A stretch of DNA of 62,998 bases, filler included, from Licmophora abbreviata (lineage: Eukaryota), in the NCBI GenBank assembly GCA_900291995.1. It is 24 parts of 24 records of this genome, joined end to end, with 100 filler letters (N's around TTAATTAATTAA, not from the genome) between each part and the next. Parts side by side here need not be neighbours in the genome. Positions count along the whole stretch, not along the records: positions 1 to 2,451 come from OLMU01002217.1; positions 2,552 to 5,711 come from OLMU01002218.1; positions 5,812 to 8,829 come from OLMU01002219.1; positions 8,930 to 10,769 come from OLMU01002221.1; 20 more parts are not named here. One strand, written 5' to 3'. The position numbers and the translations under genes were made by a program. How positions within the stretch are numbered: the stretch's first letter is position 1; every line of letters starts with the position of its first letter. The notes below the pieces were generated by a model that saw nothing but the letters and a program-made list of their open reading frames with translations, searched no databases and had not been told where the DNA came from. Shown piece by piece: positions 1-10,212 of the stretch.

Positions 1-404
1 CCATAGGAATGGCCCAGAACCACGGGCCGCTCGATGCCGAGCTGGCGCGCGGCATCCGAGAGAAGCTCGGCCTGCTGGCGGATCGTGGCGCCGGTGCGGT
101 TGATGCGGGCGGTATATCCGAGGCCGGGGCGGTCGAACACGGTGACGCGGTAGCGCGCGGCAAGGCGTGGCGCGAGGCTGAAGGTCATGTCGCGCAGGTT
201 GCCGCTGGCGCCGTGGATCAGCACGACATCCGGCCCAGAGCCCATGGTGAGCGCATGGACGCGGTGGCCGTTCACATCGAGGATACGCCCCTGCGGCGGA
301 TAGGCCGCTTCGGCGCGGGCTTCGTGCTGGCGGGCGCGGTGCTGGGCATAGGCCCAGAGCACGACGAGGGCTGCAAGCGCGGCAAGGACGATCTTAGCGG
401 CCAA
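1..404 (-). CDS. Alpha/beta-fold hydrolase with N-terminal membrane anchor (3' end runs off the window)
   Basis: Not in the ORF track; manual minus-strand translation from TTG at 404 gives [17 protein letters not shown]...[10 protein letters not shown]...FDRPGLG...VLGHSYG (HG oxyanion motif, GxSxG nucleophile). Overlaps the metA stop. Confidence 0.85.
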   Translation of the reverse strand, partial: MAAKIVLAALAALVVLWAYAQHRARQHEARAEAAYPPQGRILDVNGHRVHALTMGSGPDVVLIHGASGNLRDMTFSLAPRLAARYRVTVFDRPGLGYTARINRTGATIRQQAELLSDAARQLGIERPVVLGHSY

Positions 405-1317
405 TGGAATGCAGATCGAAGGGCGTTGTCTGATAAATCTGGTTGATCCAGTTGCCGTAAAGCAGATGCGCGTGGCTGCGCCAGCGGTTCTGCGGCGGGC
501 GCGAGGGATCGTCGCCGGGATAGTAGTTGCAGGGCACGGCGATGGGCGTGCCGCTGGCCACGTCGCGGTCGTATTCCTGTTTCAGCGTGTCGCTGTCATA
601 TTCGAGATGGTTGAAGATATAGAGCGCGCCATGGCCGGGATCCTCGACAAGGCAGGGGCCGACCTCGTCGCTGTCGAGCAGGATCTTGAGGCCGGGCACG
701 GCGTCGATCTCGGTGCGGCGCATTTCGGTCCAGCGGCTGACGGGGATCACGCAATCGTCGGAAAAGCCGCGCAGGTAAGGCGAGGCCGGGTCCATGTTGC
801 GGTGCCGGAAGCAGCCGAAGGCCTTGTGATCCAGCAGGTGTTTCTGCACGCCGTGGAAATGGTTGATCATCGCCATGCCGCCCCAGCAGACGCCGAAGGT
901 GGAATGCACATTGGTCTGCGTCCAGTCGAACAGCGCCTGCAGCTCGTCCCAATAGGTGACATCAGTGAAATCCAGATGTTCGATGGGCGCACCGGTGATG
1001 ATCAGGCCATCGAACCGCTCGCCGGTGTCGGCCACTTCGGAAAACGGGCGATAGAAGCTTTCCATATGGGCGGCGGCGGTGTTCTTGGTGCGGTGCTCGC
1101 TCATGCGAATGAGGCTGAGTTCGATCTGCAGGGGGGTGGCACCGATGAGCCGGGCAAACTGGTTCTCGGTCTGGATCTTCTTGGGCATCAGGTTCAGAAG
1201 GCCGATGCGCAGAGGGCGGATATCCTGTCGGGCGGCCTGATCCTCGGACATGACCATGACGCCTTCGCGCGTGAGCACGTCATAGGCGGGCAGGTCTTCG
1301 GGGATCTTGATGGGCAT
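394..1317 (-). CDS. metA: Homoserine O-acyltransferase, MetA family (probably acetyl-CoA specific)
   Basis: MPIKIP start, LNLMP, ITGAPIE, catalytic [19 protein letters not shown] motifs. Confidence 0.95.
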   Translation of the reverse strand: MPIKIPEDLPAYDVLTREGVMVMSEDQAARQDIRPLRIGLLNLMPKKIQTENQFARLIGATPLQIELSLIRMSEHRTKNTAAAHMESFYRPFSEVADTGERFDGLIITGAPIEHLDFTDVTYWDELQALFDWTQTNVHSTFGVCWGGMAMINHFHGVQKHLLDHKAFGCFRHRNMDPASPYLRGFSDDCVIPVSRWTEMRRTEIDAVPGLKILLDSDEVGPCLVEDPGHGALYIFNHLEYDSDTLKQEYDRDVASGTPIAVPCNYYPGDDPSRPPQNRWRSHAHLLYGNWINQIYQTTPFDLHSIGR

Positions 1318-1357
1318 GGCGTCTCAGGCTTTCGTCGGGTCGTTTGTAGATAGGGCG

Positions 1358-2218
1358 TCAGGTGCTGCGCTCAAGCGCGGTGGCGACAAGCGCATCGAAG
1401 GCGTCGGCGTCGCGGGTCTCGGCCACTTCGTCAGCGGTGACGGTGATGCCCCATTTCGCCATCGCCTCGTAGCGCGGTGTGCGATGGGCCAGGGCGCGGG
1501 CATAGGTCCAGCGAATGAAGGTGTCAGGATCAACGTCGTCCGCTTCGCACTTGTTTTCGTTGAGATATTGCGCCCATGCCTGATCCAGGAACTCGGGCTG
1601 GTAGGCCATCGGCTTGGGGGCACGATCAAAGCGGCGGATGAGCGACTGGGTATGCGCCTCGGAGCCTTCGATATAAATCAGCAGGCAATGGCGCGAGAGC
1701 TCGGTCAACAAGGGATCGTCGGGATCGTCGCCATCGACCCATTCGCAGATCGACCCGCCGGTATCGCAGACGAAATTCGGATAGCCATAGAGCCGCTCGG
1801 CGCGGTCGATGAAATGCGCGGTGTCCATCAGGGCCGCGATCTCGGCGGTGCGGAATTGCTGCTGGCGGCGGCGGTATTCGTCGATCGGCAGGCCGCCCTT
1901 GGCCGGATCGCCCGGTTTGCCCAGATAGGTCGAGACGGGGGCGAGATTGTCGAACGTGATGTTCGAGCCGATATAGATCGAATCCGTCAGCAGCAGGTCG
2001 CGCAGGAACGGCACCTGCATGGCATGCGCCTTGGCGTTATCGGCGATCAACTCGCCCATGTAGCGGGTGCCGATGCGGTAATCGATGGAGTAATGGAACC
2101 AGTCGCCGGCATCGCGCAGCATGTTGGATAGATGCGTCTTGCCCAAGCCGGACATGCCATAGAACAGAACGCGCTTTTGCGCCGCGTCGCGCCAATCTTC
2201 GGCTGATGTGTAGATCAT
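1358..2218 (-). CDS. P-loop NTPase/kinase-like protein of unknown function
   Basis: Walker A GMSGLGKT near the N-terminus, DTGGS motif; start taken at MIYTSAEDW. Confidence 0.75.
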   Translation of the reverse strand: MIYTSAEDWRDAAQKRVLFYGMSGLGKTHLSNMLRDAGDWFHYSIDYRIGTRYMGELIADNAKAHAMQVPFLRDLLLTDSIYIGSNITFDNLAPVSTYLGKPGDPAKGGLPIDEYRRRQQQFRTAEIAALMDTAHFIDRAERLYGYPNFVCDTGGSICEWVDGDDPDDPLLTELSRHCLLIYIEGSEAHTQSLIRRFDRAPKPMAYQPEFLDQAWAQYLNENKCEADDVDPDTFIRWTYARALAHRTPRYEAMAKWGITVTADEVAETRDADAFDALVATALERST

Positions 2219-2286
2219 GGGGCGTCCTTTCTGCGCGCAAGTGGTAGCCAGCGGCGCGGGGCAGGTCAATGCCAAGCGATGCGCAG

Positions 2287-2319
2287 CAAAAACCCCGCCC
2301 GGTTGCCCGGACGGGGGTG
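2287..2319 (-). terminator. Intrinsic terminator of the outer-membrane transporter gene
   Basis: Hairpin ACCCCGCCCGG/CCGGACGGGGGT preceded by an A-run (U-tract on minus strand). Confidence 0.6.
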
Positions 2320-2342
2320 ATGAAGCCGCTTATGTCGGGGCG

Positions 2343-3503
2343 TCAGTAGTGCCAGCCCACCTTGACGCCGAAGCCGATGGCGGTGTTGTCGGAGAAGCTC
2401 GAGCGAAGTGTGCGGATATTTGTCGTTGCGTCGCCGATCCATGTGTAGTTCNNNNNNNNNNNNNNNNNNNNNNNNNNNNNNNNNNNNNNNNNNNNTTAAT
2501 TAATTAANNNNNNNNNNNNNNNNNNNNNNNNNNNNNNNNNNNNNNNNNNNNCGGTCTTGTAGCGGGCGCCGACGGTGACGCCGATCTTGCCGCTGGTCGG
2601 GCCGAGGTTGGAGACGGGTTTGTTGGAGTCGCCGTCCTCATAGGTCAGCGCGAGAGAGCCGCTCCAAGTATCGGTGATGCGGCGGCCGACACCAAGCGTG
2701 TAGGTGTAGGTATCGTCTTCATAGGACAGGAACGGCACGCGTGTCGCTGTGCGGTAAAGAAGCGGGTCGATCGTGAAATCGCTCCAGTCCACCCAACGCA
2801 CGCCGCCGAACAGGAGGGTATCTTTCGCGATGCCGGTCTGAAAATCGAGGTTGACCGATTGCGGGGTCTCGATCGTGGTCTGGGTGGTCAGCGATGTGGC
2901 GGCCTGGGCCAGGTTTTCGCTTGTGCGGTGCTCGGTCTTGATCTTGGAATTGTAGGTCAACGAGACGCGCAGCGCGATGTCGGGACGCTCATAGGACACG
3001 CCGGCGAGATATCCGGTGCCATAATCGGCCTTCCCGTCAACGCTGTAGCCAGCGACCGACGGAACGCTTGCGTTCGCCGTGACGCGCTGCACGCGCAGGC
3101 CGCCATGCACGCCGAACCCGTTATCCATGTTGTAGCGCAGAACGCCGGTGAGGGCGGTCGACTGAAGCTCTGCATAGGTGCCGCGCAGCGGATAGCCGGT
3201 GGAGGCGCTATAGGCGACATTGGCGCCGAAGGGCTGATCGAGGATGATCGCGTAGCTCAACCTGTCGTTGATCTGCTGCTTCATCGCGGCGCCGAACTGC
3301 CAATAGGTGTCCGCCATGTCGCCCGATTGAAGCCCAACGACCGAGCCGGATACCGAAGGTACGGCTGTGCCGAGGCTGATCTCGGCATAGTTGCCCTCCT
3401 GGAACAGGGGCGCGATGGATTGACCGGAGCGGTCGATACCGCCTGCCGATGCGCCGCCTGCGACGATGCAAAGGGCAAGTGCGGTGGTGGATGCGTTTCT
3501 CAT
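2343..3503 (-). CDS. OmpP1/FadL-family outer-membrane beta-barrel transporter (split by assembly gap)
   Basis: Signal peptide then GGIDRSGQS, DQPFGA; C-terminus beyond the gap reads ...FSDNTAIGFGVKVGWHY* with a terminal aromatic residue. Confidence 0.85.
2452..2551. other. Artificial contig linker (first of 23 in the window)
   Basis: 100-nt N-run/TTAATTAATTAA/N-run with stops in all six frames; repeated at 5712, 8830, 10770, 14945, 20618, 22180, 24130, 25495, 28966, 30150, 34865, 36964, 39710, 42654, 43960, 48068, 49601, 51317, 54742, 57178, 58815, 60595. Confidence 0.98.
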
Positions 3504-3615
3504 TCTGGTGCTCTCCTCCGAATTACGGCCATGCTATCGGCGACACGGTTGCGGTCAATCTTTGACGCCGCGTCAGTGACGTAACGGAATAATCGGTTGT
3601 AGTCGCGCCACACCT

Positions 3616-4542
3616 CTAACGGGTACGTGCGATGGGCTGACGGCCTTGCCGCGTTTCTGACCACATATTGAGGTAATTGGCGCCGAAGATCACCAGAGCG
3701 CCGGCGATGGTCAGGGTGTCGATCGGCTCGTCGTAGATCAGAAGGCCGATCACCGCGATCAGCGGCAGGCGCATGAAATCCACAGGGCTCACAAGCGTCG
3801 CGGGCGCCATCGCAAGGGCTGTTGTCAGGCAGAAATGCGCCATCAGCCCACCGCAGGCGATCACCGCGAGCCAAGGCAGGGATTGTGCCGAGGGCAGGGC
3901 GATATCGCCGTCGAAGCCCGCGCAGACCAGCCCGAAGACCGACTGGCTGAGGGTCATCCAGAAGAGGATGCAGGTCAGTGTCTCGGTGCGGGTCAGGCGT
4001 TTGGTCACGAGGATCGATCCGGCAAAGCCGATCGCGGCGCACATCGCGGCCAGCGTGCCGAAATTGATCGTGTCGGGGCTGGGGCGGGCGACGATCAGGA
4101 TGCCGGCAAAACCGATGCAGGCCGCAAGGATGCGCGCCCGCGTCAGATGCTCGCCCAGCACCAGCGGCGACAGGATCAGCACCCAGAGCGGAGAGGTGAA
4201 TTCCAGCGCGAAAACCTGCGCCAGCGGGATCACGGTGATTGCGTAGAACCACAGGTTCTGGCCACTGAAATGAAACACGTTGCGCAGCAGATGCAGGCCG
4301 GGCTTGCGGCCTGTGATGGTGCGATGCGCCCCGGTGGCCCATGCGACGAGGACCACGATCACCAGCCCGATCAGGCTGCGATACATCATGATTTCAAAGG
4401 TATCGAGCTCGAAACTGACCGACCGGCCGCCCACTGCCATCGCAGAGAACGACACCACCGCCCCCAGCATCCAGAGCGCCGCGCGAAGAATTTCAGCTGT
4501 GTCGGCGCGAGGGATATCTCCGGTCGGAGAGGTCACTCCCAC
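3616..4542 (-). CDS. DMT/EamA-family transporter
   Basis: About 10 hydrophobic helices, EFTSPLW and LGE motifs typical of EamA repeats. Confidence 0.85.
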   Translation of the reverse strand: MGVTSPTGDIPRADTAEILRAALWMLGAVVSFSAMAVGGRSVSFELDTFEIMMYRSLIGLVIVVLVAWATGAHRTITGRKPGLHLLRNVFHFSGQNLWFYAITVIPLAQVFALEFTSPLWVLILSPLVLGEHLTRARILAACIGFAGILIVARPSPDTINFGTLAAMCAAIGFAGSILVTKRLTRTETLTCILFWMTLSQSVFGLVCAGFDGDIALPSAQSLPWLAVIACGGLMAHFCLTTALAMAPATLVSPVDFMRLPLIAVIGLLIYDEPIDTLTIAGALVIFGANYLNMWSETRQGRQPIARTR

Positions 4543-6183
4543 TCAATGGTGCCGGGCGGCTTCGATGTCACGTCATAGGTGACGCGGTTGATACCCTTCA
4601 CCTCATTGATGATCCGTGTGGCGGTTTCGCCCAGGAATTCATGGCTGAACGGGTAGTAATCGGCGGTCATGCCATCGACCGAGGTGACCGCGCGCAGGGC
4701 ACAGGCGAAATCATAGGTCCGCCCGTCCCCCATCACACCGACAGTGCGCACCGGCAGGATCGCAACGAAGGCCTGCCAGATCTCGTCGTAAAGGCCATGC
4801 TTGCGGATCTGGTCGATATAGACGGCATCGGCCTTGCGAAGGATGTCGAGTTTTTCGCGGGTGATCTCGCCGGGGCAGCGGATGGCAAGGCCCGGACCGG
4901 GAAAGGGGTGGCGACCGATGAAAGAGGCGGGCAGGCCCAGTTCGTGACCAAGCGCACGGACCTCGTCCTTGAAGAGCTCGCGCAGCGGTTCCACCAGCTT
5001 GAGGCCCATTTTCTCGGGCAGGCCGCCGACATTGTGGTGGCTCTTGATCGTGACCGAGGGGCCGCCCGAGAAGCTGACCGATTCGATCACGTCGGGATAA
5101 AGCGTGCCCTGGGCCAGAAACTCGGCGCCATCGATCTGGCTGGCGTATTTCTGGAACACGTCGATGAACAGGCGGCCAATGGTTTTTCTTTTTGTTTCCG
5201 GGTCACTTACGCCCTCAAGCTCACCCAGGAACAGCTCCGCCTCATCGGCATGAATGAGGGGTATGTTGTAGTGGTCGCGGAACATGGTGACCACTTCATC
5301 GGCTTCGTTGTGGCGCAAAAGCCCGTGATCGACAAAGACGCAAGTCAGTTGATCGCCGATCGCCTCGTGGATCAGAACGGCTGCCACGGAACTGTCGACG
5401 CCCCCCGAGAGACCGCAGATCACCTGTTTGTCGCCGACCTGTTCGCGAATCAGGCGAATCGCCTCTTCGCGATAGGCGGCCATGGTCCAGTCGCCCTTGA
5501 ACCCGGCAAGGCGCACGAAATTTTCATAGAGCGTCTTGCCGTTCGGGGTGTGATGCACCTCGGGGTGGAACTGCACGGCAAAGAAATTGCGGCTCAGGTC
5601 GGCGGTGATGGCGAAGGGCGCGTTGGGCGAGGTGCCATAGACCTCGAAGCCCGGCGCGATACGGCTGACATGGTCGCCATGGCTCATCCAGACCTGTTCG
5701 CGCTCTTCGAGNNNNNNNNNNNNNNNNNNNNNNNNNNNNNNNNNNNNNNNNNNNNTTAATTAATTAANNNNNNNNNNNNNNNNNNNNNNNNNNNNNNNNN
5801 NNNNNNNNNNNGAGCAGGTCGATTCGATGCGCCGTCGGGCTGACATAGGCGCGGCCGAATTCGGCGGTGCCGTCGCCGCGTTCGACCTTGCCGCCCAGCA
5901 TCTCCATCATGACCTGCTGGCCATAGCAGATCCCAAGGATGGGCACGCCCAGATCGAACACCTTTTCAGGCGGGCGCGGCGAGCCTGCGTCGATCACGCT
6001 GGCGGGACCGCCCGAAAAGATCACCGCTTTCGGCGCGAACTCGGCGAGAAACGCCTCGGTCACGTTCTGGAACGGGTGGATTTCGCAATAGACGTTCAGT
6101 TCCCGCAGGCGGCGCGCGATCAGCTGCGTCACCTGGCTGCCGAAGTCTATGATGAGAAGGCGGTCATGCGATGTCTGGCTCAT
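4533..6183 (-). CDS. guaA: GMP synthase (glutamine-hydrolysing), split by gap
   Basis: IDFGSQ, GICYGQQ, QFHPEV, SGGVDSS, C-terminal KPPGTIEWE. Confidence 0.97.
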
Positions 6184-6393
6184 GATTGCCTAGTAGGACG
6201 CAGGCGCGCTTTGCGCAAGACCCAGACAGGATTCGTCCCGAAAGCGCCTGTGCGCGACGGATTGGCGGGCTGCATGTCGCTTTAGACCCCAAGAGGGCGC
6301 AAATCTCCGATGGCGGGGCGTTTTGCTGCGATATGGATGCGCGCAGCTGCCCCCGAGCCGGGGCGTTTCAACCAATGCAGGGGTCAGACAATC

Positions 6394-7938
6394 ATGGTCG
6401 AAGCAGAAACCCGCAGACGGGCACGGGGTGGTGGCGGCGCCGCACGCCGGGCCGAACGCACATCCGTCAGCATCGAGACCGCGCGCTATATCGAGCGCAA
6501 CATTCCGGTATACGACATCCTGACCGATGAGGCGCTGGAGGTCATCGAGACGAACGCGGAAACGATTCTCGAAGAGATCGGCGTCAATTTCGTCGAGAAC
6601 CCCAAAGCGTTGGAGCGCTGGCGCAATGCCGGCGCCAGCATCGAGGGCGAGCGGGTGCGCATTCCGCGCGGTCTGGCGCGGCAGCTTTGCGCGACGGCGC
6701 CCTCGCGCTATGTCCAGCATGCCCGCAACCCCGCCCGCAATGTCGAGATCGGCGGCAAGACACTGGTCTGCGCGCCGGTCTATGGCCCGCCCTTCGTGCG
6801 CGACATGGAAGGCGGACGCCGTTACGCGACGATGGCCGATTTCGAACGTTTCGTGAAACTGGGCTATATGTCGAAATGGCTGCATCATTCCGGCGGCACC
6901 GTCTGCGAGCCCACGGATGTTCCGGTGAACAAGCGCCATCTGGACATGCTTTATGCCCACATGACGCTGAGCGACAAGCCGTTCATGGGATCGGTCACCG
7001 AACCGAGCCGGGCGCGCGACAGTGTCGAGATGTGCGAGATCCTGTTCGGCAAGGAGTTCGTGCGCGACAATACGGTGATGACCTCGCTCATCAACATCAA
7101 CTCGCCGATGACCTTCGACGATGTGATGATGGGCGCGCTCGAAGTCTATGCGGAGCATAATCAGGCCTGCATCGTGTCGCCCTTCATCGTCGGCGGCGCG
7201 ATGGCGCCGGTGTCGGTCATGGGCACGCTCACGCAGGTTCTGGCCGAGGTGATGGCGGGCATCGCCTATAGCCAGCTGGTGCGCCCCGGCGCGCCGGTGA
7301 TCTTCGGCGCCTTCGTCACCTCGATCGACATGAACAGTGGCGCGCCCACTTTCGGCACGCCCGAGGCCAGCCAGATCCTTTATGGCGCGGGACAATTGGC
7401 GCGGCGCATGAACCTGCCGTTCCGGTCGGGCGGAAGCCTGTGCGGTTCAAAGTTGCCGGATGCGCAGGCCGCCTATGAGACCGCCAACACGCTCAATGCG
7501 GCGATGATGGGCGGGGTGAACTTCATGCTGCACAGCTGTGGCTGGCTGGAAGGCGGTCTGGTGGCGAGCTTCGAGAAATTCGTGATGGACGCCGATCAGC
7601 TTGGCGCGCTGCACAAATTCGCCGAAGGAATCACCACCGACGAGAACGGGCAGGCGATGGGCGCGATCCGCGAGGTCGGCCCCGGCGGCCATTACCTTGG
7701 GTGCGAACATACGCAGTCCAATTTCAAGAAGGCGTTCTGGCGCTCGGACGTGCTGGATTACAAGCCGTTCGAGACATGGCACGAGGAAGGCGGGCGCGAC
7801 ACGATGGTTCTGGCCAATGCCAAGATGCATCAGATGCTAACCAATTATCAGCAGCCGCCGCTTGATCCCGCCATCGCCGAGGCGCTGGCCGCCTATGTGG
7901 CGCACAAGAAAGCCTCAATGCCCGACGCGTTCTCCTGA
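6394..7938 (+). CDS. Trimethylamine methyltransferase (MttB) superfamily protein, non-pyrrolysine
   Basis: N-terminal RRRARGGG, PVYGPPFV, NINSP, GAPTFGTPE, GWLEGG; no in-frame amber codon. Confidence 0.9.
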   Translation: MVEAETRRRARGGGGAARRAERTSVSIETARYIERNIPVYDILTDEALEVIETNAETILEEIGVNFVENPKALERWRNAGASIEGERVRIPRGLARQLCATAPSRYVQHARNPARNVEIGGKTLVCAPVYGPPFVRDMEGGRRYATMADFERFVKLGYMSKWLHHSGGTVCEPTDVPVNKRHLDMLYAHMTLSDKPFMGSVTEPSRARDSVEMCEILFGKEFVRDNTVMTSLININSPMTFDDVMMGALEVYAEHNQACIVSPFIVGGAMAPVSVMGTLTQVLAEVMAGIAYSQLVRPGAPVIFGAFVTSIDMNSGAPTFGTPEASQILYGAGQLARRMNLPFRSGGSLCGSKLPDAQAAYETANTLNAAMMGGVNFMLHSCGWLEGGLVASFEKFVMDADQLGALHKFAEGITTDENGQAMGAIREVGPGGHYLGCEHTQSNFKKAFWRSDVLDYKPFETWHEEGGRDTMVLANAKMHQMLTNYQQPPLDPAIAEALAAYVAHKKASMPDAFS

Positions 7939-7947
7939 GCGCTGCGG

Positions 7948-8239
7948 TCAGGCCGATAGCGAGGCGCGCAACAGGCGCGCCTCGCCCATCATCGCGATCA
8001 GAAATCTCGACATGGCGTTCCACGGAATAGCCCGCGTCGCGATGCGTGCGCTGACTTTCGAGAATCAGTTCCATATCCATCAGCCGCATGAGAGCGGGGC
8101 CGCTGCGGGGCAGGGTGCCCATGCCCAGATGCCGGGGCAGATGCGTGTTGCGGCGATACTCCATCAGTCCGAAACGGGCCGCATGGATCAACAGGCGGGG
8201 CCGGCGCAGTGCTGCCATATGCGAGAGGATGTCGTTCAT
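7948..8239 (-). CDS. DUF6477-like protein, probable GafB (rcc01866-like); apparent +1 frameshift near 8002
   Basis: LRRPRLLIHAARFG...YRR...LPR...YSVERHVEI; removing one T restores LIAMMGEARLL*; divergent from the gafA-like gene. Confidence 0.7.
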
Positions 8240-8375
8240 GTCTGGTCTCCGGTCAGATCGTCTCCCCTCTTGGTGACACAACCTTAGCGGGTGTTGCGCA
8301 TCCGGCTGATGTGGCGCGCGCCGTGATATGTGCCTGTTCATAATTCGGAAACAATTGTTGCTGAAACGTTATCAG

Positions 8376-8391
8376 TTAACGAACTGGTAAC
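8376..8391. promoter_or_regulatory. CtrA-like binding site
   Basis: TTAA-cgaactg-GTAAC, one mismatch to TTAA-N7-TTAA(C). Confidence 0.55.
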
Positions 8392-8408
8392 GATTTACAC
8401 GCAAAGGT

Positions 8409-8429
8409 TGTGGATAACCCTGTGGATAA
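8409..8429. promoter_or_regulatory. Two tandem perfect DnaA boxes
   Basis: TGTGGATAA (reverse complement of TTATCCACA) at 8409-8417 and 8421-8429. Confidence 0.7.
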
Positions 8430-8470
8430 TTTTGCCGCGCCCTGCGTGGCCTGACCGATGGAGAGACGCT

Positions 8471-8829
8471 GTGGCTGCTGATCCAGAGACCATCGACCCG
8501 CTAGCTGCGCTGCCGGACTGGGTGCCGGAACCTGCGCGGCGCTACATCGCCCATACCGAGGCTGGCACATCCATCCGCGCCTTGGCGCGGCGGGCCGGCT
8601 GTCACGCCTCGACCGTTCTGCGCCAGATCAGGGCCTGTGAGGCCCGCCGCGACGATCCGCTGGTGGATGCCGCGCTCAGGCGCATTGGCCGACGAATGCC
8701 GCCACCTGTCAGACGGCATCCCGCCGAGGAGGAGACCGGAAAAATGGACAAGACTGTTCTTCAGGATACCGCTGCGCTGGCTGGCGGAGCCTTGCTGACC
8801 GAAGCCTGCCGCGTGCTCAAGCGGCTGTG
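8471..8829 (+). CDS. gafA: N-terminal part of an HTH/DUF6456-type regulator, probable GTA activator GafA (truncated by gap)
   Basis: LPDWVP...YIAHTEAGTSIRALARRAGCHASTVLRQIR..E.RRDDPLVDAAL HTH; GGAGAG RBS before GTG; lies between guaA and lipA as reported for Rhodobacterales gafA. Confidence 0.72.
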
Positions 8830-8929
8830 NNNNNNNNNNNNNNNNNNNNNNNNNNNNNNNNNNNNNNNNNNNNTTAATTAATTAANNNNNNNNNNNNNNN
8901 NNNNNNNNNNNNNNNNNNNNNNNNNNNNN

Positions 8930-9227
8930 CACCAAATCGGGCATCATGGTGGGGCTTGGCGAGGACCGCGTGCAGGTCCATCAGGTGATGGACGACATGC
9001 GCGCCGCAGGCATCGATTTCCTGACCATCGGTCAATATCTGCAGCCCACGCCCAAGCATCACGCGGTGGATCGGTTCGTGCATCCCGATGAATTTGCGGC
9101 CTATGAAAAGGTGGCCTATGGCAAGGGCTTCCTGATGGTGTCGGCGACGCCGCTCACGCGCTCGTCCTATCATGCGGGCGACGATTTCGAGCGGCTGCGC
9201 GCGGCGCGGCTGAAGAAAATCGGCTGA
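8930..9227 (+). CDS. lipA: Lipoyl synthase, C-terminal fragment
   Basis: [27 protein letters not shown]. Confidence 0.93.
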
Positions 9228-9256
9228 CGCGAGGGCCGCGATATCTGGCAGACATG

Positions 9257-9289
9257 AAAAAACCGGCCTCTGCTAAGGGCCGGTTTTTT
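9257..9289. terminator. Bidirectional intrinsic terminator
   Basis: AAAAAACCGGCC-loop-GGCCGGTTTTTT between convergent genes. Confidence 0.85.
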
Positions 9290-9319
9290 ATGTCCAACAG
9301 GGTGCGGGAGAGACCGTGC

Positions 9320-9889
9320 TCAGCCGCCCCATGTGCGCACAGGACCGCAATCCATATGCACGAAGTTGGACCCGGAATATTTGCCGACGCCACCGCCCCT
9401 GCAGGCCGAGGCCGCGCGGAACATCTGCCCGACAGAGCGGGAATTGAGCCGAAGATCCGCCGCTTCTCCCTGCAGATGCAGGGAGTTGCGCGCCACACCG
9501 CTCGAGCGGCTGCGCAGCATCGCGTTTGTCTTGGGGCTGCGATATCCCGACAAGAGCATGTAGGGTTCGTTCACATCCATGAGATTATGCGCCGCCGCCA
9601 TGATGTCGATCGTGCGCAGGTCGATGTTGTGCACGTCATTCGTGCGCCAGTCGCGCATGAAGAGTGAAACCTCGCGAACTGCGTCGCGGATATAGTCGCC
9701 CTCGATCCAGTAGATCGTGTTGATGCTTTCGCCCGTGCGCGGCGATGTCATCCGCAACCGCCTGATGTCGCCTGCTCCGCGAAGGAAGCCAGCGGCGTTC
9801 GAGTAGGTCGGTGCCGCCGCAACCGCGCTGGCTGCAAAAGCACCCAGCAACGCGCGACGCGTGATGCCCGAAGAGCTGTTGTCCGTCAT
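9320..9889 (-). CDS. YcbK/DUF882 (MepK-like) peptidase M15 with Tat signal
   Basis: ITRRALL twin-arginine signal, SGYRSPKTN, SLH...AAD, FVHMD. Confidence 0.9.
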   Translation of the reverse strand: MTDNSSSGITRRALLGAFAASAVAAAPTYSNAAGFLRGAGDIRRLRMTSPRTGESINTIYWIEGDYIRDAVREVSLFMRDWRTNDVHNIDLRTIDIMAAAHNLMDVNEPYMLLSGYRSPKTNAMLRSRSSGVARNSLHLQGEAADLRLNSRSVGQMFRAASACRGGGVGKYSGSNFVHMDCGPVRTWGG

Positions 9890-10212
9890 ATGCTTAGCGC
9901 CTGTCCCGTATCTTGCTCGTTCGGTCCGCTATCCAGCGAACTCGGTGTCTGTTCCCCAAGTGCGTGAAACATATCGCATAAAAAGAATCACGGACCAAGC
10001 CTGTTTTGATGCAAATTGAAACGATCAAGATTTTTCGGCAGTTTTTTGCGCAAACTGGAACCAGTGTCACCGTTTTACACTTAAGACGATGCGTTTTCGC
10101 CGCAGGCTTCGGGCCGTCTTGGGAGATCACACAGAATTTTATGGACAAGCGACAGGCGAGTACTGGAACACTCAAGCATGTGTTTACGCCACGAATTAGC
10201 TGAGGGAACGCG

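Noticed and set aside
8400..8440. DnaA box pair as oriC
   Set aside because: Only two boxes, no typical oriC gene context, and KOPS polarity does not change here but converges on 41.6 kb.
10152..10160. ACAGGCGAG upstream of the L,D-transpeptidase as a target of the 49.4-kb sRNA loop
   Set aside because: Only 9 nt including a G-U pair; too short to distinguish from chance without conservation data.
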